Positions 50,166 to 59,073 are shown, counted from the stretch's first letter. The stretch: DNA of 64,000 nucleotides from Thermoleophilia bacterium (GCA_037133755.1 JBAXNN010000002.1:26595-90594), one strand, 5' to 3'. Translations and numbers: made by a program. The notes: generated from the letters alone by a model not told the origin.

Positions 50166-51098
50166 TTAGTCGGCGAGCGGGGGCAGCGGCGTGCCCTGCG
50201 CCTCGAGCTGGTGGCGCTCCGAGTGCACGGCGGCCTCGTCGAAGCGGAAGTACGAGCGCGGCGGCAGGACGCCCCACGTGTTGGATCCCCAGGCGTCGTC
50301 GGCCCACTCGCGGGGCGTGTGCGGGAGGCGCAAGATCTCCATGTCGCAGTAGAGCTCGACGAAGAGGTTCTCCTCGGGGATGCGCACGTAGGCGCAGAGG
50401 TTGCGCGCGAGGTTGTGATGCACGGGACCCCAGCCGAGCCAGCGGCCGTGGCGACCGAGGTGGTCGAGGAACACGCGCAGCTGACCCCAATCAACGATGT
50501 CGAACGCGATGTGGTGGAAGTGCGCCGGGCCCATGCCGACGATCGCCATCTGGTGGTGCTCGGGATGCACGTGCAGCCACACGCCGGCCTCGCCGAGCTT
50601 GTCGGACACGTGCATGCCCATCACGTCGGTGTAGAACGTGGTCGTCTCGGCCAGGTTGGGCGCGAGGATGTTGACGTGGCCGAGGCGGCGCGGGTGCATG
50701 CCGAAGGGCGGTGCGGTCCGGCGTCCGGCGTCGGGCCAGAGCTCGATCGCCGAGCGCTCGCGGAACGGCATCAGCTGCAGGCCGCTGCCGGAGGGGTCGG
50801 CAAACCGCAGCGAGCCGTCGGGCTCCCGGGTGTACGAGACGTTGCAGGCGTCGAGGTGCTTGGCCGCCTCGTCGAGCGAGCAATCCTCGGCGAGCTCCCA
50901 CGCGCTGTGGTCGTGATCGGCCTCGGCGTCCTGCACGAGCTCGAGGCAGTAGTCCTCCGAGTCGCAGCGCAGCAGCGAGCGGCCGGGCTCCTTCGCAACG
51001 ACCTCGAGCCCGAACTGCACCGACCAGCGGGCGGTTGCCTCATCGAGGTCCAGCACGCGCAGACACGCGTGGTGCAGGTCATGGATGCGGATGCTCAT
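50166..51098 (-). CDS. Two-domain VOC-superfamily extradiol ring-cleavage dioxygenase-like protein
   Basis: 310 aa with two glyoxalase-like modules. Candidate metal ligands are in LGHVNI, HFHHIAF and FVELYCD. Confidence 0.7.
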   Translation of the reverse strand: MSIRIHDLHHACLRVLDLDEATARWSVQFGLEVVAKEPGRSLLRCDSEDYCLELVQDAEADHDHSAWELAEDCSLDEAAKHLDACNVSYTREPDGSLRFADPSGSGLQLMPFRERSAIELWPDAGRRTAPPFGMHPRRLGHVNILAPNLAETTTFYTDVMGMHVSDKLGEAGVWLHVHPEHHQMAIVGMGPAHFHHIAFDIVDWGQLRVFLDHLGRHGRWLGWGPVHHNLARNLCAYVRIPEENLFVELYCDMEILRLPHTPREWADDAWGSNTWGVLPPRSYFRFDEAAVHSERHQLEAQGTPLPPLAD

Positions 51099-51099
51099 C

Positions 51100-51957
51100 T
51101 CATACCTCCCCGGCGGCGACGCGCCGTTCGGCTTCGTCCTCGGGAATCGCCAGCGCGACGTGCAGGGTGTTCGCTGAGGTCTCGGGCTGGTCGCCTGGAC
51201 CCGTCAGGTCGACATTCCAGTCGACCACGGTGTTGCGCAGTGCGGGGAAGCCCGCGATCTCGACCTCGACGACGTCGCCGACCTCCATCGGGCGCGAGTT
51301 GGCCGGGGTGCCGGTCAGCACGACGTCGCCCGGCACCAGCGTGATCACGCGGCACAGGTCGGCGAGCTGGTAGCGGTAGTCCCAAATCAGGTCGTCGGCG
51401 TCGCCTTGCTGCACGATCTCGCCGTTGACGCGCGTCGTCAGCGTGAAGCCATCGTCGGGCGTCCACTGGTCGGCGGTGATCATCGCCGGGCCGATCGGCA
51501 GGAAGCCGTCCTGGCCCTTGACGCGCAGCATCGAGCCGCGGTCGGCGTGGCGGAAGTCGTGCAGGCCCACGTCGTTGGCGGGCGCGAAGCCGGCCACGTA
51601 CTTGTGCACGTGCTCGGCCTTCACGCCCTTCATCTCGCGCCCGACGACGACGGCGATCTCGCCCTCGTAGTTGAGGAACTGCGTGCCGTGCGGACGGCGC
51701 AGCTCGCCGAGGTGCCCGTTGAGCGTGGTGGGGGGCTTCATGAAGTAGGACGGCTCAGGCGGCGTGTTGGCCTTGTACTCGGTCAGGCGCGACTGGTAGG
51801 TGAGGTGCACGGCGATGATCTTCGTCGGCTCGACCGGCGCCAGCCAATGCGCGTCCGCGGAAGCGACCTCAGTGCCGTTCTCGAGAAGGACGACACCGTC
51901 GTCCTTCAGCTCGCCCCAATGGGGCTCACCGTTATGGAGGATGCGGACGCGCAGCAT
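51100..51957 (-). CDS. Fumarylacetoacetate hydrolase (FAH)-family isomerase/decarboxylase/hydrolase
   Basis: The start is taken at MLRVRILHNGEPHWGEL. It contains YEGEIAVVVGR, GFAPANDV, KGQDGFLPIGP and GDVVLTGTP. Confidence 0.8.
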   Translation of the reverse strand: MLRVRILHNGEPHWGELKDDGVVLLENGTEVASADAHWLAPVEPTKIIAVHLTYQSRLTEYKANTPPEPSYFMKPPTTLNGHLGELRRPHGTQFLNYEGEIAVVVGREMKGVKAEHVHKYVAGFAPANDVGLHDFRHADRGSMLRVKGQDGFLPIGPAMITADQWTPDDGFTLTTRVNGEIVQQGDADDLIWDYRYQLADLCRVITLVPGDVVLTGTPANSRPMEVGDVVEVEIAGFPALRNTVVDWNVDLTGPGDQPETSANTLHVALAIPEDEAERRVAAGEV

Positions 51958-52082
51958 CAGACTGCCTCGCCGATCGACGTCTTGGTGCTGATGCGGTCCA
52001 TGTGCCCCTCCCGGCCGGACTCCCGGCGCATCCGGGATCCTAGGTCTCCTGCGGCGTGCATACGGAGCAGCGCCGGTAATTC

Positions 52083-52099
52083 TGGATACTGTATCCAAT
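52083..52099. promoter_or_regulatory. Candidate operator TGGATACTGTATCCAAT in the divergent promoter region 51958..52221
   Basis: TGGATAC-T-GTATCCA is a perfect 7+7 inverted repeat. A near-identical 17-mer recurs at 59145..59161. Confidence 0.35.
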
Positions 52100-52221
52100 T
52101 TGACGCGTGATGGGAACCCCGTGCGTCATGCTCCTGCCAGCGGTTCGGAGGGATTCGCGGGAGCGCCGCGAAGGAGCCGCGAGATCCACGCCCTATGGGG
52201 CGCAAGCAAGGGGGAGCACAT

Positions 52222-53661
52222 ATGGGCGCGCAAGCGCAGGGAGGCGAGAAGCTCGGTAAGGGCAATCTCAGCCTGCTCGATGTCATCGCACAGTCGATCG
52301 GGTTCATCGGACCCGTCTTCGCAGCTGCGTTCTTCATTCCGACCATCGTCGGCGCTTCGCTGAACGGCAAGGGCGCCGGACTCGCGAGTCCGGTCTCGAT
52401 CATCATCGCGATGATCGGCATGTGCGCCGTCGCGTGGATCATCTCGCGTTTCGCGCGCCGCATCCATGCCGCCGGCTCGCTGTACGACTACGTCACCGAG
52501 GCGTTCGGCGAGCGCATTGGCTTTGTCGGCGGCTGGGTCTACTACGGCGGCGTGATCGCCCTGACCCTCGCCATTGGTCTGGCGTTCGGCGGCTTCCTGC
52601 ACGACACGCTGTTCTTTAACCACGACATCAACATCGCGTGGTACTGGCTGTCGATTGCCTTCTGGATCGTCGCGGGGCTGATGATGCTGCGGGGCGTGGC
52701 GATCTCGACGCGTGTGCAGCTCGTGCTCGGTCTCGGCTCGTTCCTGATCATCCTGATCTTCTCGATCTGGGTGATCATCAAGGTCGGTGGCGACGGCGGC
52801 CTCAGCGCCCAGCCGTTCAATCCGAGCTCGTCGGATCAGGGCTGGAACGGCATCTTCTTCGGAATTCTCTACGCCGTGATCATGTTCATCGGCTTTGAGT
52901 CCTCCGCGAACCTTGCCGAGGAGACGAGTAACCCACGCAAGCACCTGCCGCTCGCGATCTTCGGCTCGTGCATCGCCGTGGGTGTGTTCTACGTGATCGT
53001 GACGTACGCCCAGGCCGTCGGCTTTGGCCTCTCGGTGCAGGCATGGCTCGAGGCCTTCCCGCCGCTCTACGCGCTGGCCGCCGATCCGAACTACGGCAGC
53101 ACGGGCTTCGGCGAGCTGATCCAGTGGCTCGTCGTGATCGACATCGCGGCCGTCGGTCTCGGTACCGCGACCGGCTCGAGCCGCGGTATCTTCGCCCTCG
53201 CGCGTGACGGTCGTCTGCCGTCCTTCCTTGCGAAGGTGCATCCCAAGTACAAGACGCCATACGTTGCCTCGACCGTCCTCGCGATCGCCTCGATCATCCT
53301 GATCGCGATTGTCGCCTGGACGAACGGCCTGATGAGCGTGGGCGAGATGGATCCGGGCGAGTGGTTCCCGATGTTCAACTGGCTCGCGACCTTCGGTGGC
53401 TTCATGATGATCGCCGTCTACATCGCGATCTGCGTGGCCGCGTTCAAGGGTATGCCTGGCGAGTCGAGCGGTCTGCTCGCCTTGGCCGGCATCGTCGGCG
53501 GTCTCGTCTCGATCGGCGCGATCTACGGCGTGATCGTCCAGTACGCCGACATCCCGGCCTACAACCGCGTGTGGTGGATCGCGGTGCTGTGGCTGGTGGG
53601 TGGCGTGATCATCATGCTGATCCTCAATCAGATGGGCCGTCTGCGCAACAAGACGGTCTAG
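52222..53661 (+). CDS. APC-superfamily amino acid/amine permease
   Basis: About 480 aa, polytopic, with LSLLDVIAQSIGFIGPVF and GFESSANLAEE. I prefer the ATG at 52222, which follows GGGGGAG. An alternative start is at 52195. Confidence 0.8.
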   Translation: MGAQAQGGEKLGKGNLSLLDVIAQSIGFIGPVFAAAFFIPTIVGASLNGKGAGLASPVSIIIAMIGMCAVAWIISRFARRIHAAGSLYDYVTEAFGERIGFVGGWVYYGGVIALTLAIGLAFGGFLHDTLFFNHDINIAWYWLSIAFWIVAGLMMLRGVAISTRVQLVLGLGSFLIILIFSIWVIIKVGGDGGLSAQPFNPSSSDQGWNGIFFGILYAVIMFIGFESSANLAEETSNPRKHLPLAIFGSCIAVGVFYVIVTYAQAVGFGLSVQAWLEAFPPLYALAADPNYGSTGFGELIQWLVVIDIAAVGLGTATGSSRGIFALARDGRLPSFLAKVHPKYKTPYVASTVLAIASIILIAIVAWTNGLMSVGEMDPGEWFPMFNWLATFGGFMMIAVYIAICVAAFKGMPGESSGLLALAGIVGGLVSIGAIYGVIVQYADIPAYNRVWWIAVLWLVGGVIIMLILNQMGRLRNKTV

Positions 53662-53748
53662 CTCGACGCACGCGGAGGGGCCCGGGGCTTCGGCTCCGGG
53701 CCCCTCTTTGCGTTTCGGGGGAGCGGCCTGCAGCGGTACGCTTCCGCC

Positions 53749-54948
53749 GTGGCCATCAACGCCGACCCCGTGATCGACCCGGAACGCCGTCAGCGATTGC
53801 TCGACATCGTCGACGAGATCGGTCCTGCCTTCCTCGAGCGCGCGCCGAAGTACGACCGCGAGGCGTCGTTCCCGTTCGAGAACTTCGACGATCTCTACGA
53901 CGTCGGCTTCTACGGGCTCTGCATCCCGACGCGCTACGGCGGCCTCGGCGCGAGCTTCAACGACTACATGCACATCGGCGCGGCCATCGGTGCCTACTGC
54001 CCGATGACGGCGCTGACCTTCAACATGCACACGCAGACCGTCCTCTGGACGGGCGTCGCGGCCGACGACCTCGACATGAGCGACGAACACCGTGCCGCGC
54101 ACGAGACCCTGCGCGCCGAGCTCTATCGCCGGATCATCGAGGAGAAGGCGCTGCAGTCGCAGCCGCTCAGCGAGGGCATCGCGCAGGGCGCCACGCGCGG
54201 CTTTGCGACGACGGCCGAGAAGGTCGACGGCGGCTACAAGGTCAACGGTCGCAAGATCTTCGCCTCGCTGTCGGGCGCAGCCTCTGACTACAACATCACC
54301 TGCGTCGAGACGAGCGAGGACGAGATCCTCTTCCTCGCGATCGCGGCCGACGATCCGGGCGTCGAGATCGTCGGCGACTGGGATCCGCTCGGCATGCGCG
54401 GCACGGTCTCGCGCACGCTGCTCTTCAAGGACGCCTTCGCGCCGGACGACGCAGTGCTGCTGCCGCCGGGCATCTACAACCAGCTGGCCGAGCGCTGGCC
54501 GTACGTCTACATGACGCTGACGCCTGCCTACATGGGCCTGTCGAAGGCCGTCGTCGATTTCGTGCGCGACTACATGTCCTCGCAGGCGCCTCCCGGTGTC
54601 ACGTCGCGCCGCGAGGTACCCCAGAAGCAACAGGGTTGGGCCGAGCTGCAGATCATGTACGAGAAGAGCCGCGCGCTGTTCGACAAGGTCGTCGACGAGG
54701 CGCGCGTCGATCCGACGCCCGACATGGTGGCGCGCGCGCTGGCCGCGAGCTTCACGACGATGGAGACCGCGCCCGAGCTCGCCTCGTTGGCGATCCGCAC
54801 GTGCGGCGGCCTGTCGATGCTCAAGGAATTCCGGCTCGAGCAGTACTACCGCGATGCCCGCTGCGGCTCGCTGATGCTGCCGTGGAGTGCCGAGGTCTGC
54901 CTGCATCGCCTGGGCCAGCACGGCATCTTCCCCGACGACGCGGCGTAG
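53749..54948 (+). CDS. Acyl-CoA dehydrogenase-fold flavoenzyme (possibly a group-D-like oxygenase)
   Basis: 399 aa with GYKVNGRKIFASL, DPLGMRGT and EQYYRDARCGSLM. It starts at a GTG. Confidence 0.7.
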   Translation: MAINADPVIDPERRQRLLDIVDEIGPAFLERAPKYDREASFPFENFDDLYDVGFYGLCIPTRYGGLGASFNDYMHIGAAIGAYCPMTALTFNMHTQTVLWTGVAADDLDMSDEHRAAHETLRAELYRRIIEEKALQSQPLSEGIAQGATRGFATTAEKVDGGYKVNGRKIFASLSGAASDYNITCVETSEDEILFLAIAADDPGVEIVGDWDPLGMRGTVSRTLLFKDAFAPDDAVLLPPGIYNQLAERWPYVYMTLTPAYMGLSKAVVDFVRDYMSSQAPPGVTSRREVPQKQQGWAELQIMYEKSRALFDKVVDEARVDPTPDMVARALAASFTTMETAPELASLAIRTCGGLSMLKEFRLEQYYRDARCGSLMLPWSAEVCLHRLGQHGIFPDDAA

Positions 54949-54949
54949 T

Positions 54950-55738
54950 GTGATTCGCGACGTCGACGAGGCGCCGATCGCCTGGCGCGAGGCGGGCGAG
55001 GGGCCACTCGTGCTGTTTCTGCACGGCCTCGGTGCGACGCGGACCAGTTGGGACGCCCAGCTCGATGCCCTCGCCGACGGCTACCGCTGCGTGGCGTGGG
55101 ACGTGCCCGGCTACGGGTGCTCCGAGCCGCTTGCCGACTTCTCGCTGGAGGCCGCCGCCGACGCCGCCGCCGCGCTGATCGATCGACTCGGTGGCAGCGC
55201 CCACATCGTCGGGCTCTCGATGGGCGGCATGATCGCGCTGCAGCTCGCGCTCCGGCATCCCGCTGTCGTGCGGTCGCTGGCGATCGTCGACTCGAGCCCG
55301 GCCTTCGGCATGGATGGCACCGACCCGGACGAGTGGCGTGCCGCCCGGCTGGCGCCGCTCGACGCCGGCGCGCAGGTTCCCGACTTCGCCGAGCCCGTGC
55401 TGCGTGGCGTGATGGGTCCGAACGTGTCCGACGAGGCCGTCGCGGCGGCGGTCGCGTCGATGCTGCGCGTCCCGCTCGCCGGACTGCGGCAGACGATCGC
55501 CGCGCTGCCCGGACACGACGTCCGCGCGCGCCTTGGCGACATCGCCGCGCCCACGCTCGTGGTCGTCGGCGAGCTCGACGAGGAGACGCCGCCTGCCTAC
55601 TCCGAGGCGATCGCGGCGGGCATCCCCGGCGCGCGTCTCGAGGTGATCGCCGGAGCCGGGCACTACACGTCGTTCGAGGCGCCCGACGCGCTCAACCGGC
55701 TGCTGCGCGATCATCTCGACATGGTGGAGGCCGCCTGA
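54950..55738 (+). CDS. Alpha/beta hydrolase, NicD (N-formylmaleamate deformylase)-like by context
   Basis: 262 aa with LVLFLHGLG, the nucleophile elbow GLSMGG and GAGHYTSFE. It has an ATGA overlap with the next gene. Confidence 0.65.
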   Translation: MIRDVDEAPIAWREAGEGPLVLFLHGLGATRTSWDAQLDALADGYRCVAWDVPGYGCSEPLADFSLEAAADAAAALIDRLGGSAHIVGLSMGGMIALQLALRHPAVVRSLAIVDSSPAFGMDGTDPDEWRAARLAPLDAGAQVPDFAEPVLRGVMGPNVSDEAVAAAVASMLRVPLAGLRQTIAALPGHDVRARLGDIAAPTLVVVGELDEETPPAYSEAIAAGIPGARLEVIAGAGHYTSFEAPDALNRLLRDHLDMVEAA

Positions 55739-56766
55739 TGGAGCACCGCACGCTCGACGTCTTCCGCCGCGCCCTCGTGGCGAGCGGCCTCACCGCCGGC
55801 GAGGTCGTCGCCGTGCTCAGCGAGTCCGGCAGCCGCGCTGCGCTCGTGGATGCCGCACGGCTCGCCGCCGAGGATCTCGGCGGCCGTGTCGTCGACGTGC
55901 GCATGCCGACGCCTGCCAACCCCGGCCCGGTCGCGATTCGTTCGACCGGCTCGAGCATCGCGCTTCAGGGCAATCCCGCGGCGATCGCCGCGCTCTGCGC
56001 CGCCGACCTCGTGCTCGACTGCACCGTCGAGGGCCTGCTGCACGCGCCCGAGCTGCCCGCCATTCTGAGCGCCGGCTCGCGCGTGCTGATGATCCCCAAC
56101 GAGGATCCCGAGGCCTTCGAGCGTTGGGCGCCGGACGACGGGGCATTGAAGGCACGCGTGCTGGCCGGCCTCGAGCGTCTGCGTGCCGCCGACGCGATGC
56201 ACGTCACCTCGCCGGCCGGCACCGACCTGCGCGTCGCCCTCGCCGGCGCCTTCACGGCCGGCTCGTGGGGCTCGACGGATGGCCCGGGCACGATCGCGCA
56301 CTGGCCGGGCGGCCTCGTCGTCGCGTTCCCCGCCGCGTACTCCGTGGAGGGCACGCTCGTGCTCGCGCCGGGCGATGCGAATCTCACCTTCAAGGAGTAC
56401 CTGCGCGAGCCGGTGCGTCTGACGATCGCGGGCGACCGCATCACGGCGATCGACGGCGACAATCTCGACGCCGATCTGCTGCGCTCGTATCTCGCCGCGT
56501 TCGACGAGGAAGAGGCGTACAGCGTGAGTCACGTCGGCTGGGGCATGAACCCCGCCGCGCGCTGGGATGCTCTCGTGATGGTCGACAAGCGCGAGACCAA
56601 CGGCATCGAGCTGCGCGCCTTCGAGGGGAATTTCCTCTTCTCGACGGGCGCCAACGAGAACGCTGGCCGCTTCACGCGCGGCCACTTCGACTTCCCGATG
56701 CGCCACTGCACCGTGCGCCTCGACGGCGAGACCGTGGTCGATGCCGGCCGCGTTGTCGGCGGCTAG
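55738..56766 (+). CDS. NicX-like (M29 aminopeptidase-fold) 2,5-dihydroxypyridine 5,6-dioxygenase family protein
   Basis: 342 aa. HWPGGLVVAFP...EGTLVL...SHVGWGMNP...RAFEGNFLFSTGANE...HFDFPMRHCTV is colinear with Pseudomonas putida NicX as I recall it. Confidence 0.7.
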   Translation: MEHRTLDVFRRALVASGLTAGEVVAVLSESGSRAALVDAARLAAEDLGGRVVDVRMPTPANPGPVAIRSTGSSIALQGNPAAIAALCAADLVLDCTVEGLLHAPELPAILSAGSRVLMIPNEDPEAFERWAPDDGALKARVLAGLERLRAADAMHVTSPAGTDLRVALAGAFTAGSWGSTDGPGTIAHWPGGLVVAFPAAYSVEGTLVLAPGDANLTFKEYLREPVRLTIAGDRITAIDGDNLDADLLRSYLAAFDEEEAYSVSHVGWGMNPAARWDALVMVDKRETNGIELRAFEGNFLFSTGANENAGRFTRGHFDFPMRHCTVRLDGETVVDAGRVVGG

Positions 56767-57533
56767 CGCGCCTGGAGGATCTCGCGTATCTGCCCGGCGG
56801 TCGCGCCGTGACGCATCAGCCAGGCGTGGGCGCGCCTACGAGCGCCGGCATCGCTGGCCGCCGTGGGGTAGCGGCGGCGCACCTGGCGCTCGAGCTCGTC
56901 CATGTCGGCGGGCGGCTTGGTCTTTTCGGCCTCGCCGGCAACTTCGGAGGCGAGACGCCCGGCGAGCTGCGGGCTGAATCCACGGCGGGCGAGGAACCCG
57001 TAGGCACGTGAGCGGCTGCTCGCCGTACTCGGCCGGGCCTCGAGCAGTCGTCGCGCCTCGGCCTCCTCGTCGAAGTCGGCGTAGGCCTCCTCGACCGCAG
57101 AGGTGATGTCGGCATCGGCGAAGCCCTGCTTGCGCAGGCGCTGTTGCGTCGAGAACGGCGCCTGGCCCGCATCGCGAAAGCGTCGAGCGCGCGTGGCGGC
57201 GAGCACGCGGTCGTTGAGCGCGCCGAGCTCCGCGCAGCGGTCGAGCGTGCGCTCGGCCACCGCTTCGTCGAAGCCCTTGCGCTTGAGGCGGTCGCGCATC
57301 TGCCCGCGCGACGCCATCCGGAAGTCGAGCGACCGGATTGCGTAGCTGAGTGCAGCGGCGGTGTCGCGCTGCTGCTCAAGTCGAGTACGGCGCGCGTCGT
57401 CGAGCTCGCTGCCGAGGTGCAGGTCCTCATCGACGACGAGCGAGGCCGGCAGCGTCGTCCAGTACGCGCCATCGAGATGCACCTTCACGGACGGCTTGCC
57501 GTTGACGGCCGCCAGTCGCGTGATCTTGGACAT
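56763..57533 (-). CDS. recX: RecX-family regulatory protein-like
   Basis: The start is taken at MSKITRLAAVNG. It has repeated three-helix modules (RGQMRDRLKRKGFDEAVAERTLDRCAELGALND, QQRLRKQGFADADI, YGFLARRGFSPQL). Confidence 0.6.
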   Translation of the reverse strand: MSKITRLAAVNGKPSVKVHLDGAYWTTLPASLVVDEDLHLGSELDDARRTRLEQQRDTAAALSYAIRSLDFRMASRGQMRDRLKRKGFDEAVAERTLDRCAELGALNDRVLAATRARRFRDAGQAPFSTQQRLRKQGFADADITSAVEEAYADFDEEAEARRLLEARPSTASSRSRAYGFLARRGFSPQLAGRLASEVAGEAEKTKPPADMDELERQVRRRYPTAASDAGARRRAHAWLMRHGATAGQIREILQAR

Positions 57534-57558
57534 TTTGGGCCCGGCCCCAGAATGACCG

Positions 57559-57596
57559 AAAAAACGACAATTTGGGGCCGGCCCCAAAATGACCGC
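57559..57596 (-). terminator. Candidate intrinsic terminator after the AsnC-like gene
   Basis: The minus strand reads TAG-gcggtca-TTTGGGG-CCGG-CCCCAAA-TTGTCGTTTTTT. This is a GC-rich stem, a 4-nt loop and a U-rich tail. Confidence 0.5.
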
Positions 57597-57875
57597 CTAG
57601 ACGTCGCCGATCTCGAACATCGCGTCGAGATCGTGGCGCGAGTACGCGCGGAAGGCGGGCAGCGTCTCGGTGCGAGCGATGCCGTCGATGGCGAGCAGGC
57701 CGCTCGTGACGAGGTCGGCCATCGCCTCGTTGCTCGAGACGCGCACGATTGCGACGAGGTCGTAGCGGCCGGCGACCGAGTGGACCTCGGCGACGCCGTC
57801 GGTGGTGGCGAGACGGTCGGCGACCTCAGCGAGGCGGCCGCGCTCGACGTCGATCAGGACGAATGCAGTGACCAT
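57597..57875 (-). CDS. Stand-alone Lrp/AsnC-type ligand-binding (RAM) domain protein
   Basis: 92 aa. MVTAFVLIDVERGRLAEVADRLATTDGVAEVHSVAGRYDLVAIVRV is a typical AsnC C-terminal domain. There is no HTH. Confidence 0.7.
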   Translation of the reverse strand: MVTAFVLIDVERGRLAEVADRLATTDGVAEVHSVAGRYDLVAIVRVSSNEAMADLVTSGLLAIDGIARTETLPAFRAYSRHDLDAMFEIGDV

Positions 57876-57885
57876 GAGGTGGAGT

Positions 57886-59073
57886 CTAGTCCTCGTCCCA
57901 CAACTCGGACTTGATCATGTCCCACGCCTCGCCGGGATCGCCGGGCATGGCGGGGATGTAGCGCGCGCCCTCGTGCGGCGTGGACGGCGGCGTCCACGAG
58001 CCGCGCTTCTGCAGCCGCTTGATGTTGGCGCGGTAGACCTCGTCGACCTCGGCGTGCGAGCCCGGCTCGTCCTTCAGCCAGAGGTTCTTCGGATGGATCG
58101 GCTCGTCGTACATGTCCTTGAAGAGCTCGGTGCGGAGGTCCTTCATCCAGTTCGAGTTGAGGTTCATCGCGCGGAAGTTGCGCAACGCCTCGATGTCGAT
58201 GATGCCGGCGCAGAAGCTGTTCATGCCGCTCTGCGACAGCCCGAGCACCTGGCCCTGGAAGTCGATGATGTGGCCGTTGCCGCCACCGATGTCGTACGGC
58301 TGCTCCATCTTCGGATGCACGTAGACGGGGCCGACGTTCGGGCAGACCATGTACAGCGAGTTGAAGTGCGCGTGCGCGCGGTTCTGCAGCAGCCACGTGC
58401 CGCCGGCGTCGGGACCGGCCTGGGTCATCGGCACGGCTTCGCTCGGGCGGTAGACGACCTCGGCGCCGTTGAAGGCGAGCGCGCGGACGGCCTCGGGGTA
58501 CTCGCCGTCGGAGCAGCAGATCGTGCCGATGTTGCCGATGTCCTTCGTCTTGAGCACGGGGTAGAACGCGTCGAGCCCCTCGCCGAACACCTCGATCCAG
58601 CGGTCGTAGACGTCGTGCGGGGTGGTCGAGCGCTCGCGGCACCAGAGGTGGTTCTTCGCGGCCTTGTGCACGATCTTCCCGTTCGGGCCGATCACGAACA
58701 GCATGTTGAAGAAGCGGTCGTCCATCACCTCGGGCAGCCGCGCCTTGCACTGGACGACGATGTACGTGCCGTACTGCTTGGCGAGCTTGCCGAGCCGCTG
58801 CGTCTCCGGGCCGGGCAGGTCGATGAACAGCTCGCGGGCGGCGACGGTGTGGGGGATGTCGAAGATCTCGTCGGTGAAGCCCGTCAGCGCGCCTTCGGCG
58901 AGCGCGATCAGCCGGACGGGCATGTTGATGCCGATGATCGAGACGGCGGCGTGGATCGCGTCCTCGATGACGTCGAGGTTGCGCTCGATCTCGCTGCGCT
59001 TGGAGATGCCGCGCACCACCGTCGAGAGTCCCACTGCCATGTAGGGCGCTACGGGCCCTGTCTGCTTCGCCAT
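57886..59073 (-). CDS. Carbon-nitrogen hydrolase (nitrilase superfamily) amidase-like protein
   Basis: The start is taken at MAKQTGPVAPYMAVGLS. The candidate Glu-Lys-Cys triad contexts are LIALAEGAL, VHKAAKNHLW and TICCSDGEYPE. Confidence 0.75.
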   Translation of the reverse strand: MAKQTGPVAPYMAVGLSTVVRGISKRSEIERNLDVIEDAIHAAVSIIGINMPVRLIALAEGALTGFTDEIFDIPHTVAARELFIDLPGPETQRLGKLAKQYGTYIVVQCKARLPEVMDDRFFNMLFVIGPNGKIVHKAAKNHLWCRERSTTPHDVYDRWIEVFGEGLDAFYPVLKTKDIGNIGTICCSDGEYPEAVRALAFNGAEVVYRPSEAVPMTQAGPDAGGTWLLQNRAHAHFNSLYMVCPNVGPVYVHPKMEQPYDIGGGNGHIIDFQGQVLGLSQSGMNSFCAGIIDIEALRNFRAMNLNSNWMKDLRTELFKDMYDEPIHPKNLWLKDEPGSHAEVDEVYRANIKRLQKRGSWTPPSTPHEGARYIPAMPGDPGEAWDMIKSELWDED

